From: a virus
Taxonomy: Duplodnaviria; Caudoviricetes
Strand: one strand, 5' to 3'
Virus record (IMG/VR): IMGVR_UViG_3300030329_003799
Coordinates: 1-52,071 of that record
DNA length: 52,071 bases
Shown here: in pieces, positions 6,827 through 17,131 of the stretch
Layout of the letters: each line of letters opens with the position of its first letter
How positions within the stretch are numbered: position 1 is the first letter of the stretch
Notes under the pieces: generated by a model
What the model saw: only the letters and a program-made list of their open reading frames with translations
What the model was told of the DNA's origin: nothing
Database searches by the model: none
Program-made: the position numbers and the translations under genes

Positions 6827-8330
6827 AGTAAGCAATGTACATGATGATTTAGAGGCTGCTTCAGAGAAAAAAGAGTTATTATTAAAGCTTAGAGCTGATA
6901 TAGGTCTTTTTGGTAGAGTTTGTTTTCCTACAGCCTTAAATAAAGCTACACCTCCATTTCATAAAGAAATATATTCCGCAATAAAAGATGAGAGTATTCC
7001 AAGAGTTTTAATAGCTGCACCTAGGGGTAATGCTAAATCCACAGTTATATCTCTCATTTATCCTCTGTGGAAAGCTGCATTTAAGCCATCAGGTGGTGAA
7101 GAGTTTATAGTTATTATATCTGAATCACAAGCTCAGTCAATAAACTTCTTATCTCGTATTAAATACCATTTAAATAACTCAGAAGTATTTAGAGATATAT
7201 TTGGAGACATGGGTGCTAATACTGCTAAAAAGTGGAGTGGCACTGATGTTATATTGGCTAATGGTACTAGAATAGTGGCTGTAGGAACAGGACAAAGAGT
7301 TAGGGGTTTTATTGAAGGAGATACTCGTCCTACATTAATTATAGTAGATGACTTTGAATCAGAGTTGAATGCTACTACCGATGAATTAAGAGCAAAGAAT
7401 CGTAAGTGGATGACAGAGGCTGTTATTCCATCATTGAGTGATGAGGGCCGTATTGTGATGGTAGGGACGGTAATTTCAGAGGACTGCTTTTTATATTGGG
7501 CACGTGAGTCTACTGCTTGGAAAACTTTATGGTATTCTATATTAAAAGATGATAATACAAGTCTTTGGCCTGAAAGATTCCCTTTAACAAGAATTAAGGC
7601 AATAGAAGAAGAATATGCCAGTGTAGGTAATATTAATGGATTTTATCAAGAGTACATGAATATTGCTCAATCTCCAGATGAAGCTCCTTTTAAACCAGAA
7701 TGGATAAAGTTTCATCATTATGATTTTGAAAGAATTAATGGCCAAAATTGCTTAGTTAAAGAAAGAGGAGAAGAAAAAGAAATTATTCCTATAGAAGTAT
7801 TCGGAGGGGTAGATCCAGCATCTTCTTTATCTTTAAGAGCAGACTTTTTTGTTATAGTTACTATTGGAATAGACCATAATAATAATAAATATATATTGGA
7901 TATCTTTAGAGCACATATATCTCCTAGTGCTCAACCTAAAAAAATAATAGAAATATTTAAGAAATTTAGACATAAAAAGATGAAAATAGAGACTGTAGCT
8001 TACCAGGAAGCTTTAAGAGTAGCTACAAAAGATTTGATGTTAGAGAATAATTTATATATACCAGGCTTAGAAGCTGGTGTTAAACCAAGAACCAAAAAAT
8101 CAGAGAGACTTTTATCTTTAGTACCGTTGTTAGCTAAAGGTGAATTTTACTTTAGACCACAGGATACCGACGCTAGAACTGAGTTTTTATCTTATCCAAA
8201 AGGTAGAAATGATGATATAATGGATGCTGTTTGGACTGCTTTAGATAAGGCTAGACCATGCAGATTAGAGTCGATAGATCCAAATAAAGTAAAAAAGAAA
8301 AAGAAATTCCTTGATTGGTTGACTATGTAA
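6816..8330 (+). CDS. terL: Terminase large subunit
   Basis: Walker A APRGNAKS, Walker B IIVDDFE, coupling motif VGT, nuclease GVDPA...D...NDDIMDA. Confidence 0.95.
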   Translation: MLSEVSNVHDDLEAASEKKELLLKLRADIGLFGRVCFPTALNKATPPFHKEIYSAIKDESIPRVLIAAPRGNAKSTVISLIYPLWKAAFKPSGGEEFIVIISESQAQSINFLSRIKYHLNNSEVFRDIFGDMGANTAKKWSGTDVILANGTRIVAVGTGQRVRGFIEGDTRPTLIIVDDFESELNATTDELRAKNRKWMTEAVIPSLSDEGRIVMVGTVISEDCFLYWARESTAWKTLWYSILKDDNTSLWPERFPLTRIKAIEEEYASVGNINGFYQEYMNIAQSPDEAPFKPEWIKFHHYDFERINGQNCLVKERGEEKEIIPIEVFGGVDPASSLSLRADFFVIVTIGIDHNNNKYILDIFRAHISPSAQPKKIIEIFKKFRHKKMKIETVAYQEALRVATKDLMLENNLYIPGLEAGVKPRTKKSERLLSLVPLLAKGEFYFRPQDTDARTEFLSYPKGRNDDIMDAVWTALDKARPCRLESIDPNKVKKKKKFLDWLTM

Positions 8331-8339
8331 GGGTATATT
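8311..8339 (+). promoter_or_regulatory. Sigma70-type promoter upstream of portal
   Basis: TTGATT-17 nt-TATATT; ATG follows 7 nt after the -10 with no SD, so the mRNA may be leaderless. Confidence 0.45.
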
Positions 8340-8345
8340 AGACTA

Positions 8346-10682
8346 ATGAAAAAGGGCTCAAAAGAGGCTAAACAGCACAATAAGTTCGTTGACGAAACTC
8401 ACGATATCTGGAAAAAATACGCTAAACATCGAGAAGAATGGGCTATATCTGCTCAAGAAGATAGAGAGTTTAGATTAGGTAAACAGTGGAGTAGAGAGCA
8501 AGAAGAAACTTTAAAGGCTAGAGGACAAGCTCCTATAGTTGTTAATAGAATTCATCCTGCCGTTGAAACTGCAAAAGCTATGTTAACATCCAGAAGACCT
8601 GGGTTTAGAGTATCTCCAAGAGAAGATTCTGACGCAAAAATCGCTCAGGTCTTTAATGGTATGCTATCTTATATGTATGATATATCAGACGGTGAAACTC
8701 AAATGCGTCAAATAATAGATGACTATTATGTAACTGGACTTGGTATGGCTTTAATATATCACGACCCTACTATGGACCATGGAAAAGGAGAAGTATGCTT
8801 TCATGCATTAGACCCTTTAGATGTTTATGTTGATCCAAATAGTAAAGATAGGTTTTTTGATGATGCTGAAAATATTATAGTTTCTAAAAAGTTTACAAAA
8901 GAACAAGCTATAAATTTATATCCTATGTATGAAGGCGCAATTAAAACAGCAACTTCTGACCATGCTGGAGATGATGATCAATACCCTGTAACTAAAAGAG
9001 CTAAGGTTGACGGTATTATCTTTCCACAAGACACTGATACATCTGATTTAGATAAAGAATATGTTAGGGGATATGAAAGATATTATAAAGTTCGTGGTGA
9101 AATGGTTAGAGTACATGAAAAATTCTCTGGAAAAGAATTTGTATTTATGCCAGATGAAATGGAAAGATACCTAAACACCAAAGCTTATATATATGGCAAC
9201 CAAGTTCTTACTACTGCTGGTCAAGTTCAAAATGCAGTTATGGACCAAGAGAAGAAACGTTCTGCTGCACAGAAAATAGCAGAAGGTGAAATAAATAAAA
9301 TAGTAGACAAGAAAAGAGAAGAGCTAGAGGTATTGTTCACTGAAAGAGAATATGAGCTACGCGAAGCTTTAGAAAATGGTGAAATTATACCAGAGAGATA
9401 TTCATTAGAAGTTGAAGGAACAAGAGAAAAACTTGAATCAGAGTTAGTTAATTTATACCAACAATTAGCTGCTCAGAGTAAACAGTTAGATCATATAGAG
9501 AGCATTGCTCCTACTAATTATGGTGAATTGGTACAAATGGGATTTATTGAAGTTGTGCCAATACAAGAAACTAGAATTAAATATTGTGTTGTAATAGGTG
9601 ACAAAAAACTATATGAAAGAGTTTTACCTATAGACAAATATCCTGTTGTTCCTTTTATGAATATTCACACTCGTACTCCTTATCCAGTATCTGATGTCAG
9701 GATGGTTAAAGGATTACAAGAGTATATAAATAAAGTACGCTCTTTGATAATTGCGCACGCTACCACATCTACTAACATGAAGGTGCTCATACCAGCTGGC
9801 TCAGTAGATATGGCAGAATTCGAAGAAAAATGGGCACAGCCTGGCGTTGGGATAGAAGTCGACTTTGATATGGGGCAGCCTGTGGTTGCAGCGCCGACCC
9901 CATTACCCAACGAGCTTTATCAAAATGAGATAACAGCTAAATCTGATATAGACCATCAATTAGGATTATATGAAATGATGATGGGTAATACGCAGGCAGC
10001 TCCCCAAACATACAAAGCTACAGTAAGCTTAGATGAGTTTGGGCAAAGAAAAATGAAATCTAAGATGGCTGATATAGAAGGTGGTTTAAGAAGATTAGGA
10101 ACCTTAGCTATCCCTATGCAGCAATCTTTATATAAAGCAGAAAAAGTTTTTAGAATTGTAGAACCCAATAACTCTATGTCTGAATATGTAATTAATAAAA
10201 AATTATATGACAAAAAAGGTAAAGAAATAAGTACCTTTAATGACATAGCTATTGGAAAATATGATGTGGTTGTTGTTACTGGAAGTACCCTTCCTACCAA
10301 TCGTTACGCGGAATTGGAATTTTATATGGAGGCCTTTAAAACTGGTATCATCGACCGTCAAGAAGTTCTTAAGAAAACTGAAATTTTTGACAAGGAAGGT
10401 GTTTTAGAACGTGTTGATTTAATCGCACAATTGCAACAGCAATTACAGCAAGCTCAACAAGTTATTAAAGACCTTACAGGTGACAAACAAACACGTGATC
10501 GTGAAAATGTCAACCTTAAACAAAAAGTTGAAGTTGAGAAATTCAAGACTAAACTGGCTGATGTTGAGACTAAGTCAAAAGCAGCAGGTCAGATATTTGA
10601 ACGTCGTCTTGATGACACCTTAGGCATGATTGAAAAACAGGTCCGCGATCTTAAATCAAAAGAGGGTACCTCTAAAAAGTAA
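8346..10682 (+). CDS. Portal protein (P22-like podovirus type)
   Basis: Follows TerL; GKQWS...RGQAP..VNRI, DPLDVYVDP..D, YPVVPF, LQEYINK motifs, C-terminal Q-rich coiled coil. Confidence 0.9.
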   Translation: MKKGSKEAKQHNKFVDETHDIWKKYAKHREEWAISAQEDREFRLGKQWSREQEETLKARGQAPIVVNRIHPAVETAKAMLTSRRPGFRVSPREDSDAKIAQVFNGMLSYMYDISDGETQMRQIIDDYYVTGLGMALIYHDPTMDHGKGEVCFHALDPLDVYVDPNSKDRFFDDAENIIVSKKFTKEQAINLYPMYEGAIKTATSDHAGDDDQYPVTKRAKVDGIIFPQDTDTSDLDKEYVRGYERYYKVRGEMVRVHEKFSGKEFVFMPDEMERYLNTKAYIYGNQVLTTAGQVQNAVMDQEKKRSAAQKIAEGEINKIVDKKREELEVLFTEREYELREALENGEIIPERYSLEVEGTREKLESELVNLYQQLAAQSKQLDHIESIAPTNYGELVQMGFIEVVPIQETRIKYCVVIGDKKLYERVLPIDKYPVVPFMNIHTRTPYPVSDVRMVKGLQEYINKVRSLIIAHATTSTNMKVLIPAGSVDMAEFEEKWAQPGVGIEVDFDMGQPVVAAPTPLPNELYQNEITAKSDIDHQLGLYEMMMGNTQAAPQTYKATVSLDEFGQRKMKSKMADIEGGLRRLGTLAIPMQQSLYKAEKVFRIVEPNNSMSEYVINKKLYDKKGKEISTFNDIAIGKYDVVVVTGSTLPTNRYAELEFYMEAFKTGIIDRQEVLKKTEIFDKEGVLERVDLIAQLQQQLQQAQQVIKDLTGDKQTRDRENVNLKQKVEVEKFKTKLADVETKSKAAGQIFERRLDDTLGMIEKQVRDLKSKEGTSKK

Positions 10683-10709
10683 TAGAGCCCCTAAAAGGAG
10701 AAAAGGAAA

Positions 10710-11642
10710 ATGGCAGAAAACGATAATAACACTCAAGCACAAGATGAAATAGTTAAACCTTCTGAAGATTGGACTAATGAAGCCTTTCCAGAAGCTAACA
10801 AGCCTGATAGTGACATTGACTTAGAATCAAAGGAAGAAAATATACCTAACCCTTCAGAAGCTGAATTAACACCTCAAGATGTACCAGCACCTGAAGTTGA
10901 CCCTAATGATCAGAAAAGATATCAGTATTGGCAATCCCAAGCTGATAAATTAAGAGCTGAGAATGAACAACTTAAGGCGCAAACACAACAAGCTCCGCAG
11001 GCACCTGCGCAGACAGAGGCAGTAGCTGAAGAAACTAAGGAATTTCCTCCACCGCCTAATAGACCTAGAAAACCTGCTGGTTATAGTAGGGAAGAAGCCA
11101 TAAGTGATCCTAGTAGTAAAAGTGCTCAGTATCATGATGTTATGGATGAATGGCGTGATAGAATGGATAAATACAATAACCTTTATGCTCAATACAATGT
11201 TGCTTTAGCGCAAGAACGTATGGATCAAATAGAAGGTAAAATCACAGAACGCGAACAAGCTGAAGTTGCTGAACAGCAAAATCGTCAAGCTATGGGTGAG
11301 TTAAGTGATTATGTGCAGGCTACTTATGGATTAAGTCCAGAGCAGACTGATGATTTTATTCAGACAATGTCACAACCAGAGTCTCTTAGCATCGGAAACT
11401 TAGTAGATCTTTATAAAATGAAAGGTAAGCAAGTCATAAACAATGTTCCGACACAAGTTGGAACTGAAGTAGGGAATACGCAATTTGCATCAGAGCCATC
11501 TGAAACTTTTAAACAAGTTAAAAGAGCTCAGCAAGTGCCTTCTCCAATGGGAGTCTTATCTGGAAAAAGTGAAGAAAAATCTACTACAGATACAATTATG
11601 GATGAAATGATTGATAATTTTAACAAAAAAAACCCTTTTTAA
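10710..11642 (+). CDS. Capsid scaffolding protein
   Basis: Acidic low-complexity N-terminus, coiled coil, between portal and capsid genes. Confidence 0.75.
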   Translation: MAENDNNTQAQDEIVKPSEDWTNEAFPEANKPDSDIDLESKEENIPNPSEAELTPQDVPAPEVDPNDQKRYQYWQSQADKLRAENEQLKAQTQQAPQAPAQTEAVAEETKEFPPPPNRPRKPAGYSREEAISDPSSKSAQYHDVMDEWRDRMDKYNNLYAQYNVALAQERMDQIEGKITEREQAEVAEQQNRQAMGELSDYVQATYGLSPEQTDDFIQTMSQPESLSIGNLVDLYKMKGKQVINNVPTQVGTEVGNTQFASEPSETFKQVKRAQQVPSPMGVLSGKSEEKSTTDTIMDEMIDNFNKKNPF

Positions 11643-11674
11643 TAAAAGGTAAAATGGTAAAGGAGTAGGCAGAC

Positions 11675-12994
11675 ATGTCAACACAATTCACTAAAGGGTT
11701 TGGTAAAGCGGCAACTGGACTGTCGTTAAACAATGATAGACGGTTGTTTAACTTCGGTGAAAGAATCGCTGAACTAGCCCCACAACAATCTCCTTTTTTC
11801 GTTTATTTGAGCAAGGTCGCAAAGAAACCAACAGACGATCCTGTTTTCAAATGGATGGAAAGGAGACATCAATGGCAGCGTAGAGACTTTAAAGTAACTA
11901 ACGTTTCTGGTACAGGTTCTACAGCAACATTGACAATTAAAGTAGCATATGGAAAAGATGGAACACCAACTTTTGATGCAGATGGTAATCCAAATTATGC
12001 GACAGATCCTTCATGGTTACATTTCGAGGCAGATGCAGATGCTGACTTGAATGGTAATACTATGGTTAGAATCGATGGAGATATCTATGCTGTAATTCAT
12101 TGGGACGGTACTAACGCAATTAAATGTAAAGAAGTTAGTGGTGGACCAGCAATCGCAGCAACTCATGATGATAAGTATGGCCAAATTATTGGTTCAGCTT
12201 TCGATGAGGCACAGCTTTCTCCAGATGGCTGGGTAGATGAGCTAAGTACTAAAGAAGCTTACTGTCAGATCTTTAAAACAGCTATCCCACTATTCTCTAA
12301 TACAGCTATGGCGACTCGTTATAGAGGTATTGCAGATGAATTCAAAAGAGTGTGGCAAGAAAAACTTATGGAACATAAGATGGATCTTGAACAAGCATTC
12401 TTATTTGGTTCTGGTTCTACAGCTGGTTCTGCATTGGAAACTGCTACAAGAAGATATACTAATGGTATAGTTACTTTTGCAAAAGGTAGTAATGGTTGCA
12501 AAAATTATAACATGACTTATGCAGGTAGTTCTTATGATTCATTTATGGACATCATGGAAGATTATTTTGCTCCAGAGTCTGGTAATTCAGGAAACAAACT
12601 TGTTTTGGCTTCTAGAAAAATCATCTCTTGGATGAATAAACTTGGTGATAATTCATTTATGGGTAATACTGTAGGAACATCTAACTTTAGAGCAGACATA
12701 CAAAATATAACAGGTAACTTTGGTCATGAAGTGATGAAAGTTTCTACTATATTCGGTAATCTGTTTGTGGTTCAAGAACCATTATTTAGATTAGATGCTG
12801 AAGACACTATGATGTGTGTGGACCTAGATAACGTAGCTTACAGACCTTTGGTAGGCAACGGTATAAATAGAGATACATTCATTGAAACCAACATTCAAGC
12901 AAACGATATGGATGGAAGAAAAGATCAAATCATAACTGAAGCTGGTCTTGAAATTAAACTTCCTGAAACTCATGCTTTGATAACATTCAGTTAA
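11675..12994 (+). CDS. Major capsid protein
   Basis: Position after scaffold; P..SPF, FKWME, CQIFKT, EHKMDLEQAFLFG, TIFG, DGRKDQIITEAGLE motifs typical of podovirus HK97-fold capsids (SU10/DUF5309-like by recollection). Confidence 0.9.
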   Translation: MSTQFTKGFGKAATGLSLNNDRRLFNFGERIAELAPQQSPFFVYLSKVAKKPTDDPVFKWMERRHQWQRRDFKVTNVSGTGSTATLTIKVAYGKDGTPTFDADGNPNYATDPSWLHFEADADADLNGNTMVRIDGDIYAVIHWDGTNAIKCKEVSGGPAIAATHDDKYGQIIGSAFDEAQLSPDGWVDELSTKEAYCQIFKTAIPLFSNTAMATRYRGIADEFKRVWQEKLMEHKMDLEQAFLFGSGSTAGSALETATRRYTNGIVTFAKGSNGCKNYNMTYAGSSYDSFMDIMEDYFAPESGNSGNKLVLASRKIISWMNKLGDNSFMGNTVGTSNFRADIQNITGNFGHEVMKVSTIFGNLFVVQEPLFRLDAEDTMMCVDLDNVAYRPLVGNGINRDTFIETNIQANDMDGRKDQIITEAGLEIKLPETHALITFS

Positions 12995-13005
12995 GGGGGA
13001 GATAA

Positions 13006-13425
13006 ATGAAGTTAAACGTTAAACCTAATCCTGGCTGGACTAATAAAACAGTTGGTAAATTGAATACATGGCAAGACCTTGCTAATACTGCAGGTAATGC
13101 TAGCACAGTATATTCTGCCGAATGGGAACCTTCAAGTGCTAAACTTGGAAATGTTCACGTAACATACGGTTGGAGTGCTGCTGTAGTTGCTAATCTTGAT
13201 TTAGACTTATATGGAACTTATGATGGAACTAATTATGTTCATCTAGCGAATATAGGTACTCAAATCAAGTCTGACGGTACTAACGGTGGCGATGCTGCAG
13301 GTACATTATCTGCTGTTATAGACCTCTCTTCTTACCCTGCGGGTAAGTATAAAGTTGCAGGTGTATACAGTGGTAATGATGCTTCAGATACATTCGATGT
13401 GTTCATAACTGAACAGGAACTGTAA
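13006..13425 (+). CDS. Probable capsid decoration protein
   Basis: 139-aa beta-rich protein directly after the capsid gene, before a stable hairpin. Confidence 0.5.
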   Translation: MKLNVKPNPGWTNKTVGKLNTWQDLANTAGNASTVYSAEWEPSSAKLGNVHVTYGWSAAVVANLDLDLYGTYDGTNYVHLANIGTQIKSDGTNGGDAAGTLSAVIDLSSYPAGKYKVAGVYSGNDASDTFDVFITEQEL

Positions 13426-13433
13426 AATAACTC

Positions 13434-13451
13434 GGGGGCCTTCGGGCCCCC
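13434..13451 (+). terminator. GC hairpin with C(UUCG)G loop after the capsid cassette
   Basis: GGGGGCC-TTCG-GGCCCCC; no U tract, so terminator or mRNA stabiliser. Confidence 0.55.
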
Positions 13452-13466
13452 AAAGTTAAGGGCTAT

Positions 13467-14939
13467 ATGAATAGAGATTCAAATAACATCTATAACAGAA
13501 GAACAAGTGATATAAATTACTCATATTACTCAAGTAGTGCTATTAGCAATATGACTCATAATCAATCAGATATCATTACAGTAAAACCAAAAAGTGATGG
13601 AGATGTACTTGATAGGATAATGCCATCATTTTCAGATGAGCATGTTTGGTTACAATGCGGAGTTGGCAGTACAGTACTATTAGGAGGTGCAGCACCTACA
13701 ATTAGTGCACCTTCATTATGGAATGGGGTAAAAACTACTGCTCCCGATAGTGGAATTTTAGCAGATGGTTGGCATCATTTTCCTGCAGACGCAGGATGGA
13801 CTAATTTTGCAGTTGCTCCATTAGCTTCATCCTGGGTTAATACTGAAGGAGCAGGATATGGGGATATGGATTCTTTGTATGTAAATCCTGATTATAGACA
13901 ACCAAATACTTCTATAGTAGTAACTCATGACCATACTATTGGAAGTGGGGGTCATAACGGAATTCAGACCACGAGTTATACAATTACAGGTTCTCCTGCT
14001 ACAGAATATTATTGCAAGGTAGTTGTAAAAGCGATTACAACACCAAATCAAACAATAAAGATTAAAGTCTCAAGACCAGGCGGATATGTCTTAGATAAAG
14101 AATATACTTTAACAGAAGCTAACAAATGGTATACTTTTATTGATAGATTTGAATATTCAGGAACTAATGGTTCATCTGTTGTTGAAGTTCTTCATAAGGA
14201 TACAAATAGTGCAGGTTTTAGCTTTGCTATTGATACCATGGCTATATATGCACCTATTACAGAAAAAACATACGAAGTCAGTCATGCTACCTTTAATGCA
14301 TTTGGCGGAGCAGGCAGTTATGTTATGATGGACTTTGCAGCTAACGTTACAAAACCATGGACTCAAGTTTTAGATTATGATGATGTTGTAGATGGGTCTG
14401 TGGAATATACTAATAATAACCTATGGGGATGGAGCGGTGGCTCTGATTGCTATATAGGGCAAATTAATACAATAACATCAGGAACACCTAATAAAGTTAC
14501 AGTTAGTATAGGAGCAGTGCCTCCTAAAGGTGATTATATGGAAAATAAATTCGGTAAAAATTTAATTCCTTGGTGTGGATATGAAAATAAATTATCACTT
14601 GCAGGCCCTATGTATTTTTATGATTTAGCTTGGTATAGACGTAGCAATGGTTTTTTTAAAATAGAGTGTTTGCATAATCCAGTAAATTTAACCATTGATC
14701 AGTTTGATGATATACCTTCTGGGTGTCAAGATATAACTCCTATGAGTGGTGTTGGAGAATACTGGGACGCTTATCAAATAAATGGAGACACAACAAGTTT
14801 AGATGATTGGGCTATGGAACATGGTCAAATTATACAAGGAAGACTAAAATCTATTAGACTTTCGCAATCCACAAATTCTGGTGGAAGTGTGGGATTAATA
14901 AGATTAGGAGTGGCTCCTGATCATATAAAGGTAAAATAA
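13467..14939 (+). CDS. Virion protein with probable carbohydrate-binding jelly-roll domain
   Basis: GIQT....PATEYY..V.VK...TLT..KW..F...FAIDTMAIY resembles CBM4/9-like domains. Confidence 0.55.
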   Translation: MNRDSNNIYNRRTSDINYSYYSSSAISNMTHNQSDIITVKPKSDGDVLDRIMPSFSDEHVWLQCGVGSTVLLGGAAPTISAPSLWNGVKTTAPDSGILADGWHHFPADAGWTNFAVAPLASSWVNTEGAGYGDMDSLYVNPDYRQPNTSIVVTHDHTIGSGGHNGIQTTSYTITGSPATEYYCKVVVKAITTPNQTIKIKVSRPGGYVLDKEYTLTEANKWYTFIDRFEYSGTNGSSVVEVLHKDTNSAGFSFAIDTMAIYAPITEKTYEVSHATFNAFGGAGSYVMMDFAANVTKPWTQVLDYDDVVDGSVEYTNNNLWGWSGGSDCYIGQINTITSGTPNKVTVSIGAVPPKGDYMENKFGKNLIPWCGYENKLSLAGPMYFYDLAWYRRSNGFFKIECLHNPVNLTIDQFDDIPSGCQDITPMSGVGEYWDAYQINGDTTSLDDWAMEHGQIIQGRLKSIRLSQSTNSGGSVGLIRLGVAPDHIKVK

Positions 14940-14948
14940 GGAGAAAAA

Positions 14949-15353
14949 ATGCCAATAACATTTAAAGATAAAATGCCTAAAAAAGATCCTAATCAAGGTA
15001 TACATACTTATGAGGGTAGTGAGATAGCAAATATAGGTATTGGGCAGACTGGATGGGATGTTATAGGAGTAGCTGGCAAATACGTTAATGAAGATGAAGC
15101 AGTTGCAAGTAATTGTCTTGGGGGTCATACAAGAGGATGGGTTGCACTTAAAGTTATAGGAAATAATGTAACTATTCAAGCTGAATCTAATGTAGGTGAT
15201 CATTTAACAAATGATGGCTCTGCCCCTAATTTCAACACTTCTGGTGGTAATGGAGTAACAATACTTAATAGTGATACAATTTATGGTAATTTTAAAAAAG
15301 TCTTTGTAGAGGCCGTACTTACTGGTGGTATCGTACTGGCCTACAGAGGATAA
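14949..15353 (+). CDS. Probable virion structural protein
   Basis: AGGAG SD, G/N/V-rich beta protein in head module. Confidence 0.6.
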   Translation: MPITFKDKMPKKDPNQGIHTYEGSEIANIGIGQTGWDVIGVAGKYVNEDEAVASNCLGGHTRGWVALKVIGNNVTIQAESNVGDHLTNDGSAPNFNTSGGNGVTILNSDTIYGNFKKVFVEAVLTGGIVLAYRG

Positions 15354-15365
15354 ACTGGAGAAAAG

Positions 15366-15653
15366 ATGAAAAAAATAAATAGAAAAGGACTTGCTAAAAG
15401 AGGTGGGGGAAGTGGTTCTCCTAAAGCTAGTGGCGGTCATAAAACAACATTGGTACCTTTTGCTGCTACTAGAGGAAAAAGCGCAGCTGCAAAAGCACCA
15501 TCTGTAAGAAAATACAGAAAAGCTAAAGATGCTCCTGCAAAAGGAAGAACTGACTATAGAAGTAGTAAAAATCTAAAAGGTTCAGCTAGTGGTAAAAAAG
15601 GGCCATATTTAAAAAGTACAAAAAGACCTTCAATACCTCCAAGAAGACCTTAA
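15366..15653 (+). CDS. Highly basic K/R/G/A/S-rich low-complexity protein
   Basis: 95 aa with only two acidic residues; GGAG SD. Confidence 0.65.
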   Translation: MKKINRKGLAKRGGGSGSPKASGGHKTTLVPFAATRGKSAAAKAPSVRKYRKAKDAPAKGRTDYRSSKNLKGSASGKKGPYLKSTKRPSIPPRRP

Positions 15654-15661
15654 GGTTTTAA

Positions 15662-16393
15662 ATGACTTTTAGGCAATCTATAGAGATACATGCTGGAGAT
15701 TTGTCTGACTTTTCAGATGGAGAATTAGGGTTAGCTTTAGGCGAAGCTGTTATGCTTGCTTATGCTGCTTTGCCTGATTCTTTAATACTTGAAGTCGGAT
15801 TTGAACCTTCTGTTTTATATGATACTAATCAAGGGCTAGATGTAAGTGACAAAGTAGTTTTGTATGTTGTCAGGTATAATGCAACTGGACAAAAGAAGAC
15901 TTGCTTAGAAGTGAGTCCTTTGCTTTTTGATGATTATTCAGATACTAATTCTATCTATGAAGCTACAAAAGAAGACCCTGTTTACACTATAAAAAAGACA
16001 GATGGGGTTCCTACGTTAGTTGTAGCGCCTCAAGTTACTGGAACAGGTACAACAGATGGTTCTAATAATACTGCTTCTATCTTTTACAGTGGTAATAGAC
16101 AGAACTATCAAGATGAATTAGATGAAACCTCAATAACAACTATTAATAGTAAGTTATATAGATGGATAAAATTAACAGCAAGTATGTTTGTATTGGGCTA
16201 TAAATTAAGAGATGCTGTATTGGAGGAAGAAGATTCTGAACTTGTTCAGTTATTACAATCTCAAATGCAGCTTATTAAAGGTCAAATTGACGCTGAACAA
16301 AGTAGATTATTTAAACAAGAGTCTACCGCTATGGACAATCAGTCTTTTGAACAGACTGAGAATCCAACTAGAGGTAAACCAACCATGAGGTAA
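15662..16393 (+). CDS. Probable head-tail adaptor/tail tubular protein
   Basis: Position, helical termini with beta core (SIYEATKEDPVY). Confidence 0.5.
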   Translation: MTFRQSIEIHAGDLSDFSDGELGLALGEAVMLAYAALPDSLILEVGFEPSVLYDTNQGLDVSDKVVLYVVRYNATGQKKTCLEVSPLLFDDYSDTNSIYEATKEDPVYTIKKTDGVPTLVVAPQVTGTGTTDGSNNTASIFYSGNRQNYQDELDETSITTINSKLYRWIKLTASMFVLGYKLRDAVLEEEDSELVQLLQSQMQLIKGQIDAEQSRLFKQESTAMDNQSFEQTENPTRGKPTMR

Positions 16394-16395
16394 TT

Positions 16396-16728
16396 ATGAC
16401 AGTAAAACAATTAATGGAATATGTACAACAGCATCATCCTCATATGGGTGAAAAAGAAATTATAAATAGAGTCAATAGATTCTTAACAAGTGTTTCTAAG
16501 GCATATGATATTATGGATTTTTCTTGGGATTTAGATATAACCTCTGGTAAGAGAATATATGATTTGAACGATTCAACGTTAGTAGGAGATACAGATGGCG
16601 ATGGAGGTGCTTCAACTGCTGCCATTCCTCATATACAGGATATTAAAGAGGTATATATAGACAGAGTTAAAATACCTAGAATAGAGAAACCTGTTATTGA
16701 AGATGAAAATGAACCAAGGAGTTTTTAA
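16396..16728 (+). CDS. Probable adaptor/tail protein, N-terminal-like part
   Basis: MTVKQLMEYV...EII..VN...G.R.Y.L pattern of podovirus adaptor N-termini. Confidence 0.5.
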   Translation: MTVKQLMEYVQQHHPHMGEKEIINRVNRFLTSVSKAYDIMDFSWDLDITSGKRIYDLNDSTLVGDTDGDGGASTAAIPHIQDIKEVYIDRVKIPRIEKPVIEDENEPRSF

Positions 16729-17108
16729 TGGCTGCAACTAAAGAATATGCATATTGGATTGAAGGTGATAATATTTGTTTTGCCGAAAAAAAGGCAGAAA
16801 CAGTAAATGGAGTTACTTCTGAATGGAGAACGATTGCTACTACTGGACTAAAAGCAAGGATATATGGTTCTGCTATACCTGCTAATTTATCAACAGATGC
16901 AGTTAATGAGGAGATTTCTTTTCCGCACTTTATTGATGAAGCTTGTTTAAATCATATTATCAGTGAAGGATATCAAGATCCACGTAATTTAAATCCTGAA
17001 TTAGCTGTAATGTTTAATCAAAAATCAGAAGGCATGTTAAGAGAAGCAAGAAAAACTTATAGAAGAAAAAGACAAAGAGGAGGCTTTATTAAGCCTTACG
17101 ACTATTAA
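16728..17108 (+). CDS. Probable adaptor/tail protein, C-terminal-like part
   Basis: YWIEGDNI...FPHFIDEACL pattern of adaptor C-termini; TAATG coupling to previous gene. Confidence 0.5.
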   Translation: MAATKEYAYWIEGDNICFAEKKAETVNGVTSEWRTIATTGLKARIYGSAIPANLSTDAVNEEISFPHFIDEACLNHIISEGYQDPRNLNPELAVMFNQKSEGMLREARKTYRRKRQRGGFIKPYDY

Positions 17109-17131
17109 AGTAAACGATAAAGGTAATAATA

